Positions 20,890 through 30,785 of a stretch of 64,000 nucleotides of DNA are shown in pieces. Source of the stretch: Thermodesulfobacteriota bacterium (lineage in GTDB: Bacteria; Desulfobacterota; Desulfarculia; JACQYL01). How positions within the stretch are numbered: the stretch's first letter is position 1; every line of letters begins with the position of its first letter. The translations under genes were made by a program, and so were the position numbers. The notes beneath the pieces are model-generated. The model saw only the letters and a program-made list of their open reading frames with translations. It made no database searches and was not told where the DNA came from. The stretch spans positions 3,616,001-3,680,000 of the forward strand of contig CAXXLZ010000002.1 in the NCBI GenBank assembly GCA_963675595.2. Reading direction: 5' to 3'.

Positions 20890-22077
20890 ATGAACGGAAA
20901 TACCCGTGTAAATTTGGTTCGTCGCGAAAGTGACGACCGTCCTTTGGGGTCCGAATTTGAATGGGCTGATCGTCTCAGTTTGAGGCGGCTCAAAAGATTT
21001 TCCGGGCTTTGTTCGGAACCACTGAAGCACATTCCATTGTCGATCGACACCCACCTGGAATACAGCTGCCTCATTTTGGATCCGGTCTGTTATGTGGGTC
21101 CGGATTGGACCTCCGGTCCTTTGAAGGTATTGGAAAAGCGGAAAGATATCGATCTGGTGGTGCCGGTGAGCAATGAAGCCGCAGTCGTTGAGCAGCGAGC
21201 CGCCCCTCCGTTTTGTTACCATACGCCCCATTTGCTGGATCTCGCTTGCGTTGCTTTTCGGAAGACGAACGAGGGCGCCTACCTTGTCCACCAAAGGTTT
21301 GATCCCTTTATTGTCGTGTGTAGAACAGCGTGGTTGAAACAGGCCCTCGGCAAGTATGGATTGAAGGGTTTGAAAAAGTCGGTTGCCGAAGGAGCCTTCA
21401 AGGGTGCGGTGGCGTTGGATACCTATGTTCATCGATATGGGGCCATGTATGACCAAGCCAGACCCGACCTGTTGTCAAGAGTTCCTCCGGGTATTATTAA
21501 AGCCATGGACGTGGGATGCGCCAAAGGGGTCTTCGGAGCGGAGTTGAAAAAGAAAGGGTGTCCCGAGGTTCTTGGAATAGAGAAAGACCCGGTTCTCGCA
21601 AAGATTGCGAGAGAACGGCTTGATAGGGTACTTGAAAACGACTTGGAGGAGTTGAGGGAAGATGAAATTCCAGGGGATCTTGATCTCATCGTGTGCGGAG
21701 ACCTATTGGAGCATCTGGTGGATCCGCACAGACAGGTTCGACGCTTCCTTGGATGGCTGAAACCTGGAGGAACCTTGCTTTTCAGCGTTCCCAACGTCGG
21801 TCACTGGTCGGTTGTCATGGACCTGATCGCAGGCCGATGGGACTATTCACCGTTCAGCACGCTCTCCGGCACTCACCTACGTTTCTTCACGCGAACCGGC
21901 ATTATGGAGATGCTCGTGGAATCCAACTACACGATAAATAGGATGGAGCCCGTGATTCCTGAAACCGGGCCACCAGGGACAGAGTTTATGGAAAGGCTGG
22001 GGAAAGCAGGTCTTGAGTTGGATCTGGATTCGCTTAAGGCGGTGGAATACATTGTAAGCGCGAGCAAGCTGAAGTAA
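20890..22077 (+). CDS. Class I SAM-dependent methyltransferase with degenerate GT2-like N-terminal region, inside the paralog array
   Basis: MDVGCAKG motif I, DLIVCGDLLEHLVDP, LKPGG, SVPNVGH, THLRFFT. Confidence 0.85.
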   Translation: MNGNTRVNLVRRESDDRPLGSEFEWADRLSLRRLKRFSGLCSEPLKHIPLSIDTHLEYSCLILDPVCYVGPDWTSGPLKVLEKRKDIDLVVPVSNEAAVVEQRAAPPFCYHTPHLLDLACVAFRKTNEGAYLVHQRFDPFIVVCRTAWLKQALGKYGLKGLKKSVAEGAFKGAVALDTYVHRYGAMYDQARPDLLSRVPPGIIKAMDVGCAKGVFGAELKKKGCPEVLGIEKDPVLAKIARERLDRVLENDLEELREDEIPGDLDLIVCGDLLEHLVDPHRQVRRFLGWLKPGGTLLFSVPNVGHWSVVMDLIAGRWDYSPFSTLSGTHLRFFTRTGIMEMLVESNYTINRMEPVIPETGPPGTEFMERLGKAGLELDLDSLKAVEYIVSASKLK

Positions 22078-22162
22078 TTTCGTGAAACAAAATCCGGGTT
22101 CCGATAGTGATCCTGGACAGGGATGATGGAATAAGGGCGCGAGCTGCTTTAAGGAGGGAGCC

Positions 22163-22303
22163 ATGATGGCTCCGGATAAGGACATGAACCGTTCATTGTA
22201 CCTCCTATGTAGTGCGGCGTTCCCCATGATCCGGCGCTACCGGGTGGGTCCCGCAAGCATCTCCACCATTGGTTTGATTCAGTTGGACGGCGGAGCGCTC
22301 TAA
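22163..22303 (+). CDS. 46-aa mini-ORF whose last 30 residues match the paralog C-terminus (small protein or remnant of a ninth copy)
   Basis: AAGGAGGGAG then ATG 22163: MMAPDKDMNRSLYLLC-SAAFPMIRRYRVGPASISTIGLIQLDGGAL*; followed by the family terminator module at 22321-22398. Confidence 0.7.
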   Translation: MMAPDKDMNRSLYLLCSAAFPMIRRYRVGPASISTIGLIQLDGGAL

Positions 22304-22667
22304 ATATTTTTTTGCTAAAAGAATCCGAGCGCATGTTTTAACCATCCTCGGATTCGATAGGAAGGAAAAGGGGCTGAGGAGTAGCCCTCAGTCCTCTTCC
22401 CTAAACCGGGGGCCCCTGGGGTGGAGTTTCTGAAAAGAATTGAGACTACCGGCCTGAAGTTAAGCCGGAATTTTCCAAGACGGTAGAATACCTAGTGATT
22501 GCTACAAAAAGATCGTAATTGCGAAGAGAGAAGCTGTGCAGTCGCTTGAATCTCGAATATAGGTAATGTGGCAACGGTGAGTTTCTTCTTGGTCGAAAGG
22601 ACGTTTACCATTTGGACATGCTAAGAATAGTAATCTGAACACATCACGATTTATGTGGCTACGCGAG

Positions 22668-22696
22668 TTGCCTATTTTTCCGAATTGGGGTATAGT
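22668..22696 (+). promoter_or_regulatory. Candidate sigma70 promoter of paralog 2
   Basis: TTGCCT-17-TATAGT; the -10 box lies in the middle of the inverted repeat TTGGGG-TATAGT-CCCCAA. Confidence 0.6.
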
Positions 22697-22849
22697 CCCC
22701 AAAATCCATTAAACAATCAGAGAGCGCAAAGCGGAGAAGGGGGGTGAGCCCGAACCGACTGGAGAGTTTAGAGGTATGGAAAATCGCTGTTGTCTGATAT
22801 CGCGCAGAGTAAATGAGATTGATGCTAATGTTCTTTTAGGAGAGAAATA

Positions 22850-24412
22850 ATGAAGAGATTGAGCAACACGCTGTTGGCCGTCGCACTGGTAGCGGTCCTG
22901 ACCATGGGCTTTGCCGGCGTCGCGAAGGCGGGCGCGTTTGGTGTTCCGGATCCTACGCCGGGCGCCGTTGTAACGGGTTGGTTTGATTTGGCGGTGGACG
23001 GCACGGACGACGTGCTTCCCGTGATCGTGAACATGGGCGGCAGCGCCGACCAGATCGTTCACTTCATCATTTGGAACCGCGAAAGCGCCCACGTTTGGGA
23101 TAAGAACATCACCCTGACTCCTTGGGATGCTTCTCCTCAGGAGTTCGGCAACATCCGCGGCGTGATCGAAAACGATATGGCCCAGGGCCAGAGAAACAAC
23201 TTGAAGGTTACGATCACCTACGCCAACGAGACCACCGAAGATCGCTACCAGGGTTACTGGACGGCCGCCACGGTTTACGAGACCGTCACCGTGACCACGC
23301 CTGCTGAAATCTCCTACCCCCACGCCTACCTGAACAAGCTGGCCGGCTGGGTGTATCTGGTGGACATCGTCAAGGGTATCACCGACGGTTATCCCATGGT
23401 GGCCATCGAAGCCGGAACCCTGTGGGCCGGTGATCAGTTTGTCGCCTTCATGCTGTCCCAGTCCGCGGATTACTTCAACCGCACCTGGTGGTGGAAGAGC
23501 AATACCGCCGCCGACAGCAAGGTTGCCGTTGTGGCCGCCGACAACCCCGGCGCCAACAACACGGCTGCTTGGTATTCCCGCCTGTGGGATGAAAGCCGCG
23601 ATCGTTTCTTCGTGACCAACGACATCGACGGCATTACCGTGAACCTGCCCACCGTGACCGCCAAGGCCAAAGTGGACAAAGTGTTCGAGCGTTTCGACGC
23701 GGTTGCCGGCATCAACTGCCAGCTGCTGAGCACGGGTCAGATGATCGCCAGCGGCGACGACGTATGGCTGGCTCGGAACCCCTCCGTGGGCGAGCTGCCC
23801 TATGACGGCGGTACGGCGAGCAACGTCCTGGATCGCGGCGGCATGATCCTCCTGGGCCGTTTCTTCGCGGATCAGAGCGGTCTGGTTGCCGACTACGCCA
23901 ACCGTATGATCATCTGGGCCGACACCAACCAGGCTTCCAGCAGCAAGCCGAGAAGCGTGGTCCTGTTCGTGTGCGACGAAGAAGAAGGCTGCTTCTCCTT
24001 CCCGCTGGATCTGCCCTACGAGCTGAACGTGATCGTGCTGGACGACGTGATCGGTACCATCCTGTCCGGTCATATCTACTTCCACACCCGTCAGATCGTG
24101 AACCCCAACAGCGAAAACGTCGAGGTTCCCTACTGGCGTGAAGTGACCGCCAACGGCGCGGGCTTCCCGGCCGGCTCCGGCGCCTACGCCACCGCGTGGT
24201 ATCCGGTATTGGCCACGGGCACGGCTCTGGAACACGGCAACCAGCTGCAGCTGCTGGGTTGGACCCTGAACATCGGTTTCGGCGAAGTCATCGGCGGTTT
24301 CGAGACGAGCTGGAGTGCGGCGTTCCCGATGATCCGCCGCTACCAGGTGGGTCCCGCCAGCATCGCCACCATCGGCTTGGTCCAGCTGGACGCCGGACAG
24401 AACCAAGGATAG
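22850..24412 (+). CDS. Secreted surface-protein paralog 2 of 8
   Basis: Almost identical to paralog 1; tail DAGQNQG. Confidence 0.9.
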   Translation: MKRLSNTLLAVALVAVLTMGFAGVAKAGAFGVPDPTPGAVVTGWFDLAVDGTDDVLPVIVNMGGSADQIVHFIIWNRESAHVWDKNITLTPWDASPQEFGNIRGVIENDMAQGQRNNLKVTITYANETTEDRYQGYWTAATVYETVTVTTPAEISYPHAYLNKLAGWVYLVDIVKGITDGYPMVAIEAGTLWAGDQFVAFMLSQSADYFNRTWWWKSNTAADSKVAVVAADNPGANNTAAWYSRLWDESRDRFFVTNDIDGITVNLPTVTAKAKVDKVFERFDAVAGINCQLLSTGQMIASGDDVWLARNPSVGELPYDGGTASNVLDRGGMILLGRFFADQSGLVADYANRMIIWADTNQASSSKPRSVVLFVCDEEEGCFSFPLDLPYELNVIVLDDVIGTILSGHIYFHTRQIVNPNSENVEVPYWREVTANGAGFPAGSGAYATAWYPVLATGTALEHGNQLQLLGWTLNIGFGEVIGGFETSWSAAFPMIRRYQVGPASIATIGLVQLDAGQNQG

Positions 24413-24425
24413 TCCGATCGATAAC

Positions 24426-24509
24426 AATCCGAGCGCATGTTTGAATCGCCCTCGGATTCGCTAGAAAGAAAAAGGGGCTGAGGAGCATTCCTCAGCCCCT
24501 TGCCTTTTT
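24426..24509 (+). terminator. Double-hairpin 3' UTR and terminator of paralog 2
   Basis: Near copy of 20727-20810. Confidence 0.8.
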
Positions 24510-24689
24510 GAAAAAAGCATCGATTTGCACCGGGAAGCACGGTAAATTCATATTTTTGAGGCGACTTCCTTTTCTCCTTACCTCTCAGCGCCACTTTCCA
24601 AATTGCAGAGCCGAAAACTAGTCCGGGATACGGGAATTCCAAAGCGCCTTTCGGATTCACATGAGTGGAAAGAACGGTGGAAGTCGGAG

Positions 24690-24718
24690 TTGCGGACGGA
24701 TAAGCTCTGGGATATAAT
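24690..24718 (+). promoter_or_regulatory. Candidate sigma70 promoter of paralog 3
   Basis: TTGCGG-17-TATAAT. Confidence 0.65.
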
Positions 24719-24851
24719 TCCTAAGACGTGAAAAGAGGAGAGGATGAAGGGGGCCGTCTTAGGGAAGCGCGGAGTTGGGCGGAGAGAAGGAGCCCTAATG
24801 TTCGGCGGCGGCGCATTCAATTAATCTAAGTGTTTTGTGTGGAGGGAAGGA

Positions 24852-26408
24852 ATGAAGAGATTGAGCAACACACTGTTGGCCGTCGCGCTGGTCGCGGCTT
24901 TAACCATGGGCTCTGCCGGCCTCGCGAAGGCGGGCGCGTATGGTGTTCCGGATCCTACGCCGGGCGCCGTTGTAACGGGTTGGTTTGACTTGGCGGTAAA
25001 CGGCACGGACGACGTGCTTCCCGTGATCGTGAACATGGGCGGCAGTACCGACCAGATCGTTCACTTCATCATTTGGAACCGCGAAAGCGCCCACGTTTGG
25101 GATAAGAACATCACTCTGACTCCTTGGGATGCTTCTCCTCAGGAATTCGGCAACATCCGCGGCGTGATCGAAAACGAAATGGCTCAGGGCCAGAGAAACA
25201 ACCTGAAGGTTACGATCACCTATGCCGACGACACCACCGAAGATCGCTACCAGGGTTACTGGACGGCCGCCACGGTTTACGAGACCGTCACCGTGACCAC
25301 GCCTGCTGAAATCTCCTACCCCCACGCCTACCTGAACAAGCTGGCCGGCTGGGTGTATCTGGTGGACATCGTCAAGGGGATCACCGACGGTTATCCCATG
25401 GTGGCCATCGAAGCCGGAACCCTGTGGGCCGGCGATCAGTTTGTGGCCTTCATGCTGTCCCAGTCCGCGGACTACTTTAACCGAACCTGGTGGTGGAAGA
25501 GCAATACGGACACCGACAACCAGTATGCCTTTGAGGTCGCCGAAAATCCCGGGGCCAATAACACGGCTGCTTGGTATTCGCGCCTGTGGGATGAAACCCG
25601 CGACCGTTTCTTCGTGACCGCCGACATCGACGGCATCACCGTGAACCTGCCCACCGTGACCGCCAAGGCCAAAGTGGACAAAGTGTTCGAGCGTTTCGAC
25701 GCGGTTGCCGGCATCAACTGCCAGCTGCTGAGCATGGGTCAGATGATCGCCAGCGGCGACGACGTATGGCTGGCTCGGAACCCCTCCGTGGGCGAGCTGC
25801 CCTATGACGGCGGCACGGCGAGCAACGTGCTGGATCGCGGCGGCATGATCCTCCTGGGTCGTTTCTTCGCGGATCAGAGCGGTCTGGTTGCCGACTACGC
25901 CAACCGTATGATCATCTGGGCCGACACCAACCAGGCTTCCAGCAGCAAGCCGAGAAGCGTGGTCCTGTTCGTGTGCGACGAAGAAGAAGGCTGCTTCTCC
26001 TTCCCGCTGGATCTGCCCTACGAGCTGAACGTGATCGTGCTGGATGACGTGATCGGTACCATCCTGTCCGGTCATATCTACTTCCACACCCGTCAGATCG
26101 TGAACCCCAACAGCGAAAACGTGCAGGTTCCCTACTGGCGTGAAGTGACCGCCAACGGCGCGGGCTTCCCGGCCGGCGACGGCGCCTACGCCGGCGCGTG
26201 GTATCCGGTGTTGGCCGCGGGCACGGCTCTGGAGCACGGCAACCAGTTGCAGCTGCTGGGTTGGACCCTGAACATCGGTTTCGGCGAAGTCATCGGCGGT
26301 TTCGAGACGAGCTGGAGTGCGGCGTTCCCGATGATCCGCCGCTACCAGGTGGGTCCCGCCAGCATTGCCACCATCGGCTTGGTCCAGCTGGAAGAGGAAG
26401 ACGACTAG
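24852..26408 (+). CDS. Secreted surface-protein paralog 3 of 8
   Basis: ATG 24852 (MKRLSNT) after GGAGGGAAGG; variant block TDTDNQYAFEVAE; tail EEEDD. Confidence 0.9.
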   Translation: MKRLSNTLLAVALVAALTMGSAGLAKAGAYGVPDPTPGAVVTGWFDLAVNGTDDVLPVIVNMGGSTDQIVHFIIWNRESAHVWDKNITLTPWDASPQEFGNIRGVIENEMAQGQRNNLKVTITYADDTTEDRYQGYWTAATVYETVTVTTPAEISYPHAYLNKLAGWVYLVDIVKGITDGYPMVAIEAGTLWAGDQFVAFMLSQSADYFNRTWWWKSNTDTDNQYAFEVAENPGANNTAAWYSRLWDETRDRFFVTADIDGITVNLPTVTAKAKVDKVFERFDAVAGINCQLLSMGQMIASGDDVWLARNPSVGELPYDGGTASNVLDRGGMILLGRFFADQSGLVADYANRMIIWADTNQASSSKPRSVVLFVCDEEEGCFSFPLDLPYELNVIVLDDVIGTILSGHIYFHTRQIVNPNSENVQVPYWREVTANGAGFPAGDGAYAGAWYPVLAAGTALEHGNQLQLLGWTLNIGFGEVIGGFETSWSAAFPMIRRYQVGPASIATIGLVQLEEEDD

Positions 26409-26475
26409 AAGAGCTGAACAAGCAGCATGGCTTGTATGTGCGGATCCTTCCCACATCGGGCTGAGTGAATGAGCC

Positions 26476-26506
26476 GGGGCTGGGGAGAAATCCTCAGCCC
26501 TTTTTT
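26476..26506 (+). terminator. Intrinsic terminator of paralog 3
   Basis: GGGCTGGGGA-GAAA-TCCTCAGCCC-TTTTTT. Confidence 0.75.
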
Positions 26507-26762
26507 ATCAAGGACACACAGGGCGGGTAGGACGGAAATACAGGAGGCTGAGAGCAAGTCCCAACCGGAAAAATGAACGATGAGGGGCCATTACCGAGTG
26601 CTGCATGGGACGGAGCGATGAGTTGTTCCACACCTTTCCGTGGCTCCACGGATCGGAAGAAACGAAAACGATGCGGAGCAGGGAGGCAACGGAAGAAGGG
26701 TCCAGGAAAAGTACGGTCCTCATGACCGTGGGGAATAGTCGCGTGCGACGTGATAGACAAAG

Positions 26763-26791
26763 TTGCGTATGGAAAAGCCCTGAGTTATAAT
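26763..26791 (+). promoter_or_regulatory. Candidate sigma70 promoter of paralog 4
   Basis: TTGCGT-17-TATAAT. Confidence 0.65.
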
Positions 26792-26937
26792 ACATCTGAT
26801 GGAAAAGGAATCATTCGCATAGCGGAGAAGGGAGGTGAGCCGAGGGAATCTCCGAGTTCAGAGGAGAGGAGAACAAGGTCGTTTAAGTTCGTCTAAACTG
26901 CATTAAGCAGAAAGCTTATTCTTCGCAGGAGGGAATC

Positions 26938-28497
26938 ATGAAGAAATTAAGCAAAGTTTTTTTGGCCCTCGCTTTGGTCGTGGGCATGACCGTGGGGTAT
27001 ACCGGCCTGGCAAAGGCGGGCGCATTCGGGGTCCCGGATCCGACTCCGGGCGCCGTTGTAACGGGTTGGTTTGACTTGGCGGTGGACGGGACGGACGACG
27101 TACTCCCGGTTATCGTAAACATGGGCGGCAGCGCCAACCAGATCGTGCATTTCATTATCTGGAACCGTGCAAGCGCCCACGTTTGGGATAAGAACATCAC
27201 TCTGACTCCCTGGGATGCTTCTCCGCAGGAGTTCGGCAACATCCGCAGCGTGATTGAAAACGAAATGGCCCAGGGCCAGAGGAACAACCTGAAAGTGACG
27301 GTGACGTATGCCGACGAGACCACCGAGGAGCGCTACCAGGGCTACTGGACGGCTTCTACGGTATACGAGACGGTGACCGTGACCACGCCGGCTGAAATCT
27401 CCTACCCCCACGCCTACCTGAACAAGCTGGCCGGGTGGGTATATCTGGTGGATATCGTCAAAGGGATCACCGACGGTTATCCCATGGTGGCCATCGAGGC
27501 CGAAACCCTGTGGGCCGGTGATCAGTTTGTGGCCTTCATGCTGTCCCAGTCCGCAGACTACTTCAACCGCACCTGGTGGTGGAAGAGCAATACCGCCGCC
27601 GACAGCAAGGTTGCCGTGGTCGCTGCGGACAATCCGGGCGCCAACAACGTCGCAGCTTGGTATTCCCGCCTGTGGGATGAGAGCCGCGATCGTTTCTTCG
27701 TGACCAACGACATCGACGGCATTACCGTGAACCTGCCCACCGTGACCGCCAAGGCCAAAGTGGACAAAGTGTTCGAGCGTTTCGACGCGGTTGCCGGCAT
27801 CAACTGCCAGCTGCTGAGCACGGGCAAAGCGCTCGTCAGCGGCGACGACGTGTGGCTGGCCAGAAATCCCTCCCTGGGCGAGCTGCCCTATGACGGCGGC
27901 ACGGCGAGTAACGTGCTGGATCGCGGCGGCATGATCCTTTTGGGCCGGTTCTTCGCAGACCCGAGCGGGTTGGTTGCCGACTATGCCAACCGCATGATCA
28001 TCTGGGCCGACACCAACCAGGCTTCCAGCACCAAGCCGAGAAGCGTGATTCTGTTTGTGTGCGACGAAGAAGAAGGCTGCTTCTCCTTCCCGCTGGATCT
28101 GCCCTACGAGCTGAACGTGATCGTGCTGGACGACGTGATCGGTACCATCCTGTCCGGTCATATCTACTTCCACACCCGTCAGATCGTGAACCCCAACAGC
28201 CAAAACGTGCAGGTTCCCTACTGGCGTGAAGTGACCAACAACGGTGCGGGCTTCCCGGCCGGCGACGGCGCCTATGCCACTGCGTGGTATCCGGTTCTCG
28301 GAGGCGGCACGGCCCTGGAACACGGCAACCAGTTGCAGCTGCTGGGTTGGACCCTGAACATCGGTTTCGGCGAAGTCATCGGTGGTTACGAGACGAGCTG
28401 GAGTGCGGCGTTCCCGATGATCCGCCGCTACCAGGTGGGACCCTCCAACATCGCCACCATCGGGCTGGTCCAGTTGGAGACCATCAACCCTCAGTAA
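26938..28497 (+). CDS. Secreted surface-protein paralog 4 of 8
   Basis: Different signal peptide (MKKLSKVFL), conserved mature region; tail ETINPQ. Confidence 0.9.
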   Translation: MKKLSKVFLALALVVGMTVGYTGLAKAGAFGVPDPTPGAVVTGWFDLAVDGTDDVLPVIVNMGGSANQIVHFIIWNRASAHVWDKNITLTPWDASPQEFGNIRSVIENEMAQGQRNNLKVTVTYADETTEERYQGYWTASTVYETVTVTTPAEISYPHAYLNKLAGWVYLVDIVKGITDGYPMVAIEAETLWAGDQFVAFMLSQSADYFNRTWWWKSNTAADSKVAVVAADNPGANNVAAWYSRLWDESRDRFFVTNDIDGITVNLPTVTAKAKVDKVFERFDAVAGINCQLLSTGKALVSGDDVWLARNPSLGELPYDGGTASNVLDRGGMILLGRFFADPSGLVADYANRMIIWADTNQASSTKPRSVILFVCDEEEGCFSFPLDLPYELNVIVLDDVIGTILSGHIYFHTRQIVNPNSQNVQVPYWREVTNNGAGFPAGDGAYATAWYPVLGGGTALEHGNQLQLLGWTLNIGFGEVIGGYETSWSAAFPMIRRYQVGPSNIATIGLVQLETINPQ

Positions 28498-28558
28498 ATC
28501 AACTATCTAACGAACCGGCGTGTGCCCGGTGCACGCGTCGGTTCGAAAGACTCTCTTC

Positions 28559-28593
28559 GGGGCTGAGATTCGAATCTCAGCCCCATCATTTTT
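28559..28593 (+). terminator. Terminator hairpin of paralog 4
   Basis: GGGGCTGAGATTCGAATCTCAGCCCC perfect palindrome followed by a T-rich tract. Confidence 0.75.
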
Positions 28594-28931
28594 CGGACCT
28601 ATATCATCTCGTCAAAAGAACGATACGTTTCAGATAAACAAGGGTTCTGCAGGAATTCACCGCCTATCTGCCCTCATTTCCCGCCTTGCAGGCTTCATGA
28701 ACAACCCGGTGAGCCTTTCACCGGCAAACCCGTCGGACGGAAAGGGATGCCCACAAAGTTCTACAATGAAAAAGCACGCTGCTAAAGAACAAATACTTGT
28801 TACCTATACAGAGAAGCAGCGGAGGCGGAGAGAAACCGTATCGGAGGTCTACATTTGTTTTAGGAACAGATGAACGGGAATGGAGCGGGTTTGTGTTGTC
28901 GATACAGAATAAACGGCGCTGATTCTCCTAG

Positions 28932-28960
28932 TTGCCTATATATGTACTTTCTGTTAATCT
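28932..28960 (+). promoter_or_regulatory. Candidate sigma70 promoter of paralog 5
   Basis: TTGCCT-17-TAATCT with TGn extended -10. Confidence 0.55.
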
Positions 28961-29089
28961 TCGTGAAGAGAGGTGCATCGACAACGAAATCGGTGCCGGA
29001 GGTTGGTTTCCGAGCAGGAGTTTGGCCTCGGGAGCAGAAAAAGCGGATGTCGTTTTACTTGCAGTTCCATTGTTATCAGGAGGGAGAGG

Positions 29090-30706
29090 ATGAAGGGATC
29101 TAGCAGGATGCTGTTGGCGTTGGCACTAGTGGGTGTGCTGACCATGGGAATGGCCGGGTCGGCCGGTGCCGGTGCGTACGGTGTTCCGGACCCCGTGCCG
29201 GGCGCTGTGGTAACCGGTTGGTTCGACCTGGAGGTGAGCGGTACGGATGACGTGCTTCCGGTGATCGTGAACATGGGTGGAAGCGCAAACCAGACGGTGC
29301 ATTTCGTCATATGGAATCGTTTGAGCGCTCATGTGTGGGACAAGAACATCACGTTGACTCCATGGGACGCTTCTCCCCAGGAGTTCGGCAACCTTCGAGG
29401 CGTCATCGAAAACGACATGGCCCAGGGCCAGAGAAACAACCTGAAGGTTACGATGACCTATGGGGACGGTACGACTTCCGAGCGCTACCAGGGTTACTGG
29501 ACGGCCGCCACGGTATACGAGTCGGTCACCGTGACCACTCCCTTGGAAATGTCCTATCCCCACGCCTACCTGAACAAGTTGGCGGGTTGGGTCTATCTGG
29601 TAGACATCGTCAAGGGTATCACGGACGGCTATCCCATGGTGTCCATTGAGGCCGCGACTCTGTGGGCCGGTGATCGTTATGCCGCGTTCATGCTGTCCCA
29701 GTCGGCGGACTATTTCAATCGCGCATGGTGGTGGAAAAGTAACACCGCACTGGACAAGAAGTACGAAGTGGTGGCCGGCGACAACCCCGGCGCCAACAAC
29801 ACGGCGGCCTGGTACTCCCGACTGTGGGATGAGACCCGCGATCGCTTCTTCGTGACCGCGGATATCGACGGCATTACCGTGAACCTGCCGACCGTTTTGC
29901 CCAAAGCCAAAGTGGACAAAGTATTTGAGCGTTTCGACGCAGTGGCGGGCATCAACTGTCAGTTGCTCTCCATGGGGCAGGGAATCGCCGGGGCAATCCT
30001 GGCTGGGGATGAGGCCCTCGACAAGACCGGAACTCTCGCACAGGGCGGTGACGATGTGTGGCTGTCGCGAAATCCGTCCGTGGGCCAGCTGCCCTATGAC
30101 GGCGGCACGGCGAGCAACGTGCTGGATCGGGGCGGCATGATCCTGCTGGGCCGTTTCTTCGCGGACGATAGCGGTCTGGTGGCCGACTATGTAAACCGCA
30201 TGATCATCTGGGCCGACAGCGACCAGGCCGTGAATAAGGTCAGGAGCGTGGTGCTGTTTGTGTGCGACGAAGAAGAGGGCTGCTTTTCCTTCCCGCTGGA
30301 TCTACCTTACGAACTGAATGTCATTGTGCTGGACGACGTGGTCGGCAACATTACGTCCGGGCACATCTATTTCCACACCCGTCAGATCGTGAATCCCAAC
30401 AGCAACAACCGGCAGGTTCCGTACTGGCGTGAAATAACAACCAACGGCGCCGATTTTCCCACCGGCACGGCGGGCTATGCCACCGCTTGGTACCCGGTGC
30501 TGGGTGGCGGCGACGCCTTTGAGCACGGGAACCAGTTGCAGCTTCTCGGCTGGACCCTCAACCTCGGTTTCGGGGAAGTCGTGGGCGGTTACGACACGAG
30601 CTGGAGTGCGGCGTTCCCCATGATTCGTCGCTACCAAGTGGGACCGGCAGACACGACGGCCCTGCGCCTCATACCATTGGACGGCGAGCTGAACAACGGC
30701 CATTAG
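29090..30706 (+). CDS. Secreted surface-protein paralog 5 of 8 (long-loop subtype)
   Basis: ATG 29090 after AGGAGGGAG; 18-aa loop insertion; tail LRLIPLDGELNNGH. Confidence 0.9.
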   Translation: MKGSSRMLLALALVGVLTMGMAGSAGAGAYGVPDPVPGAVVTGWFDLEVSGTDDVLPVIVNMGGSANQTVHFVIWNRLSAHVWDKNITLTPWDASPQEFGNLRGVIENDMAQGQRNNLKVTMTYGDGTTSERYQGYWTAATVYESVTVTTPLEMSYPHAYLNKLAGWVYLVDIVKGITDGYPMVSIEAATLWAGDRYAAFMLSQSADYFNRAWWWKSNTALDKKYEVVAGDNPGANNTAAWYSRLWDETRDRFFVTADIDGITVNLPTVLPKAKVDKVFERFDAVAGINCQLLSMGQGIAGAILAGDEALDKTGTLAQGGDDVWLSRNPSVGQLPYDGGTASNVLDRGGMILLGRFFADDSGLVADYVNRMIIWADSDQAVNKVRSVVLFVCDEEEGCFSFPLDLPYELNVIVLDDVVGNITSGHIYFHTRQIVNPNSNNRQVPYWREITTNGADFPTGTAGYATAWYPVLGGGDAFEHGNQLQLLGWTLNLGFGEVVGGYDTSWSAAFPMIRRYQVGPADTTALRLIPLDGELNNGH

Positions 30707-30748
30707 AAACCGGGACCCGGCTGTTTGACGGCGGACTAAGCAAAGCCT

Positions 30749-30785
30749 GAACAGGGGGCTGGATGTTTCTCCCAGCCCCCTGTTC
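30749..30785 (+). terminator. Terminator hairpin of paralog 5
   Basis: GAACAGGGGGCTGG...CCAGCCCCCTGTTC. Confidence 0.7.
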
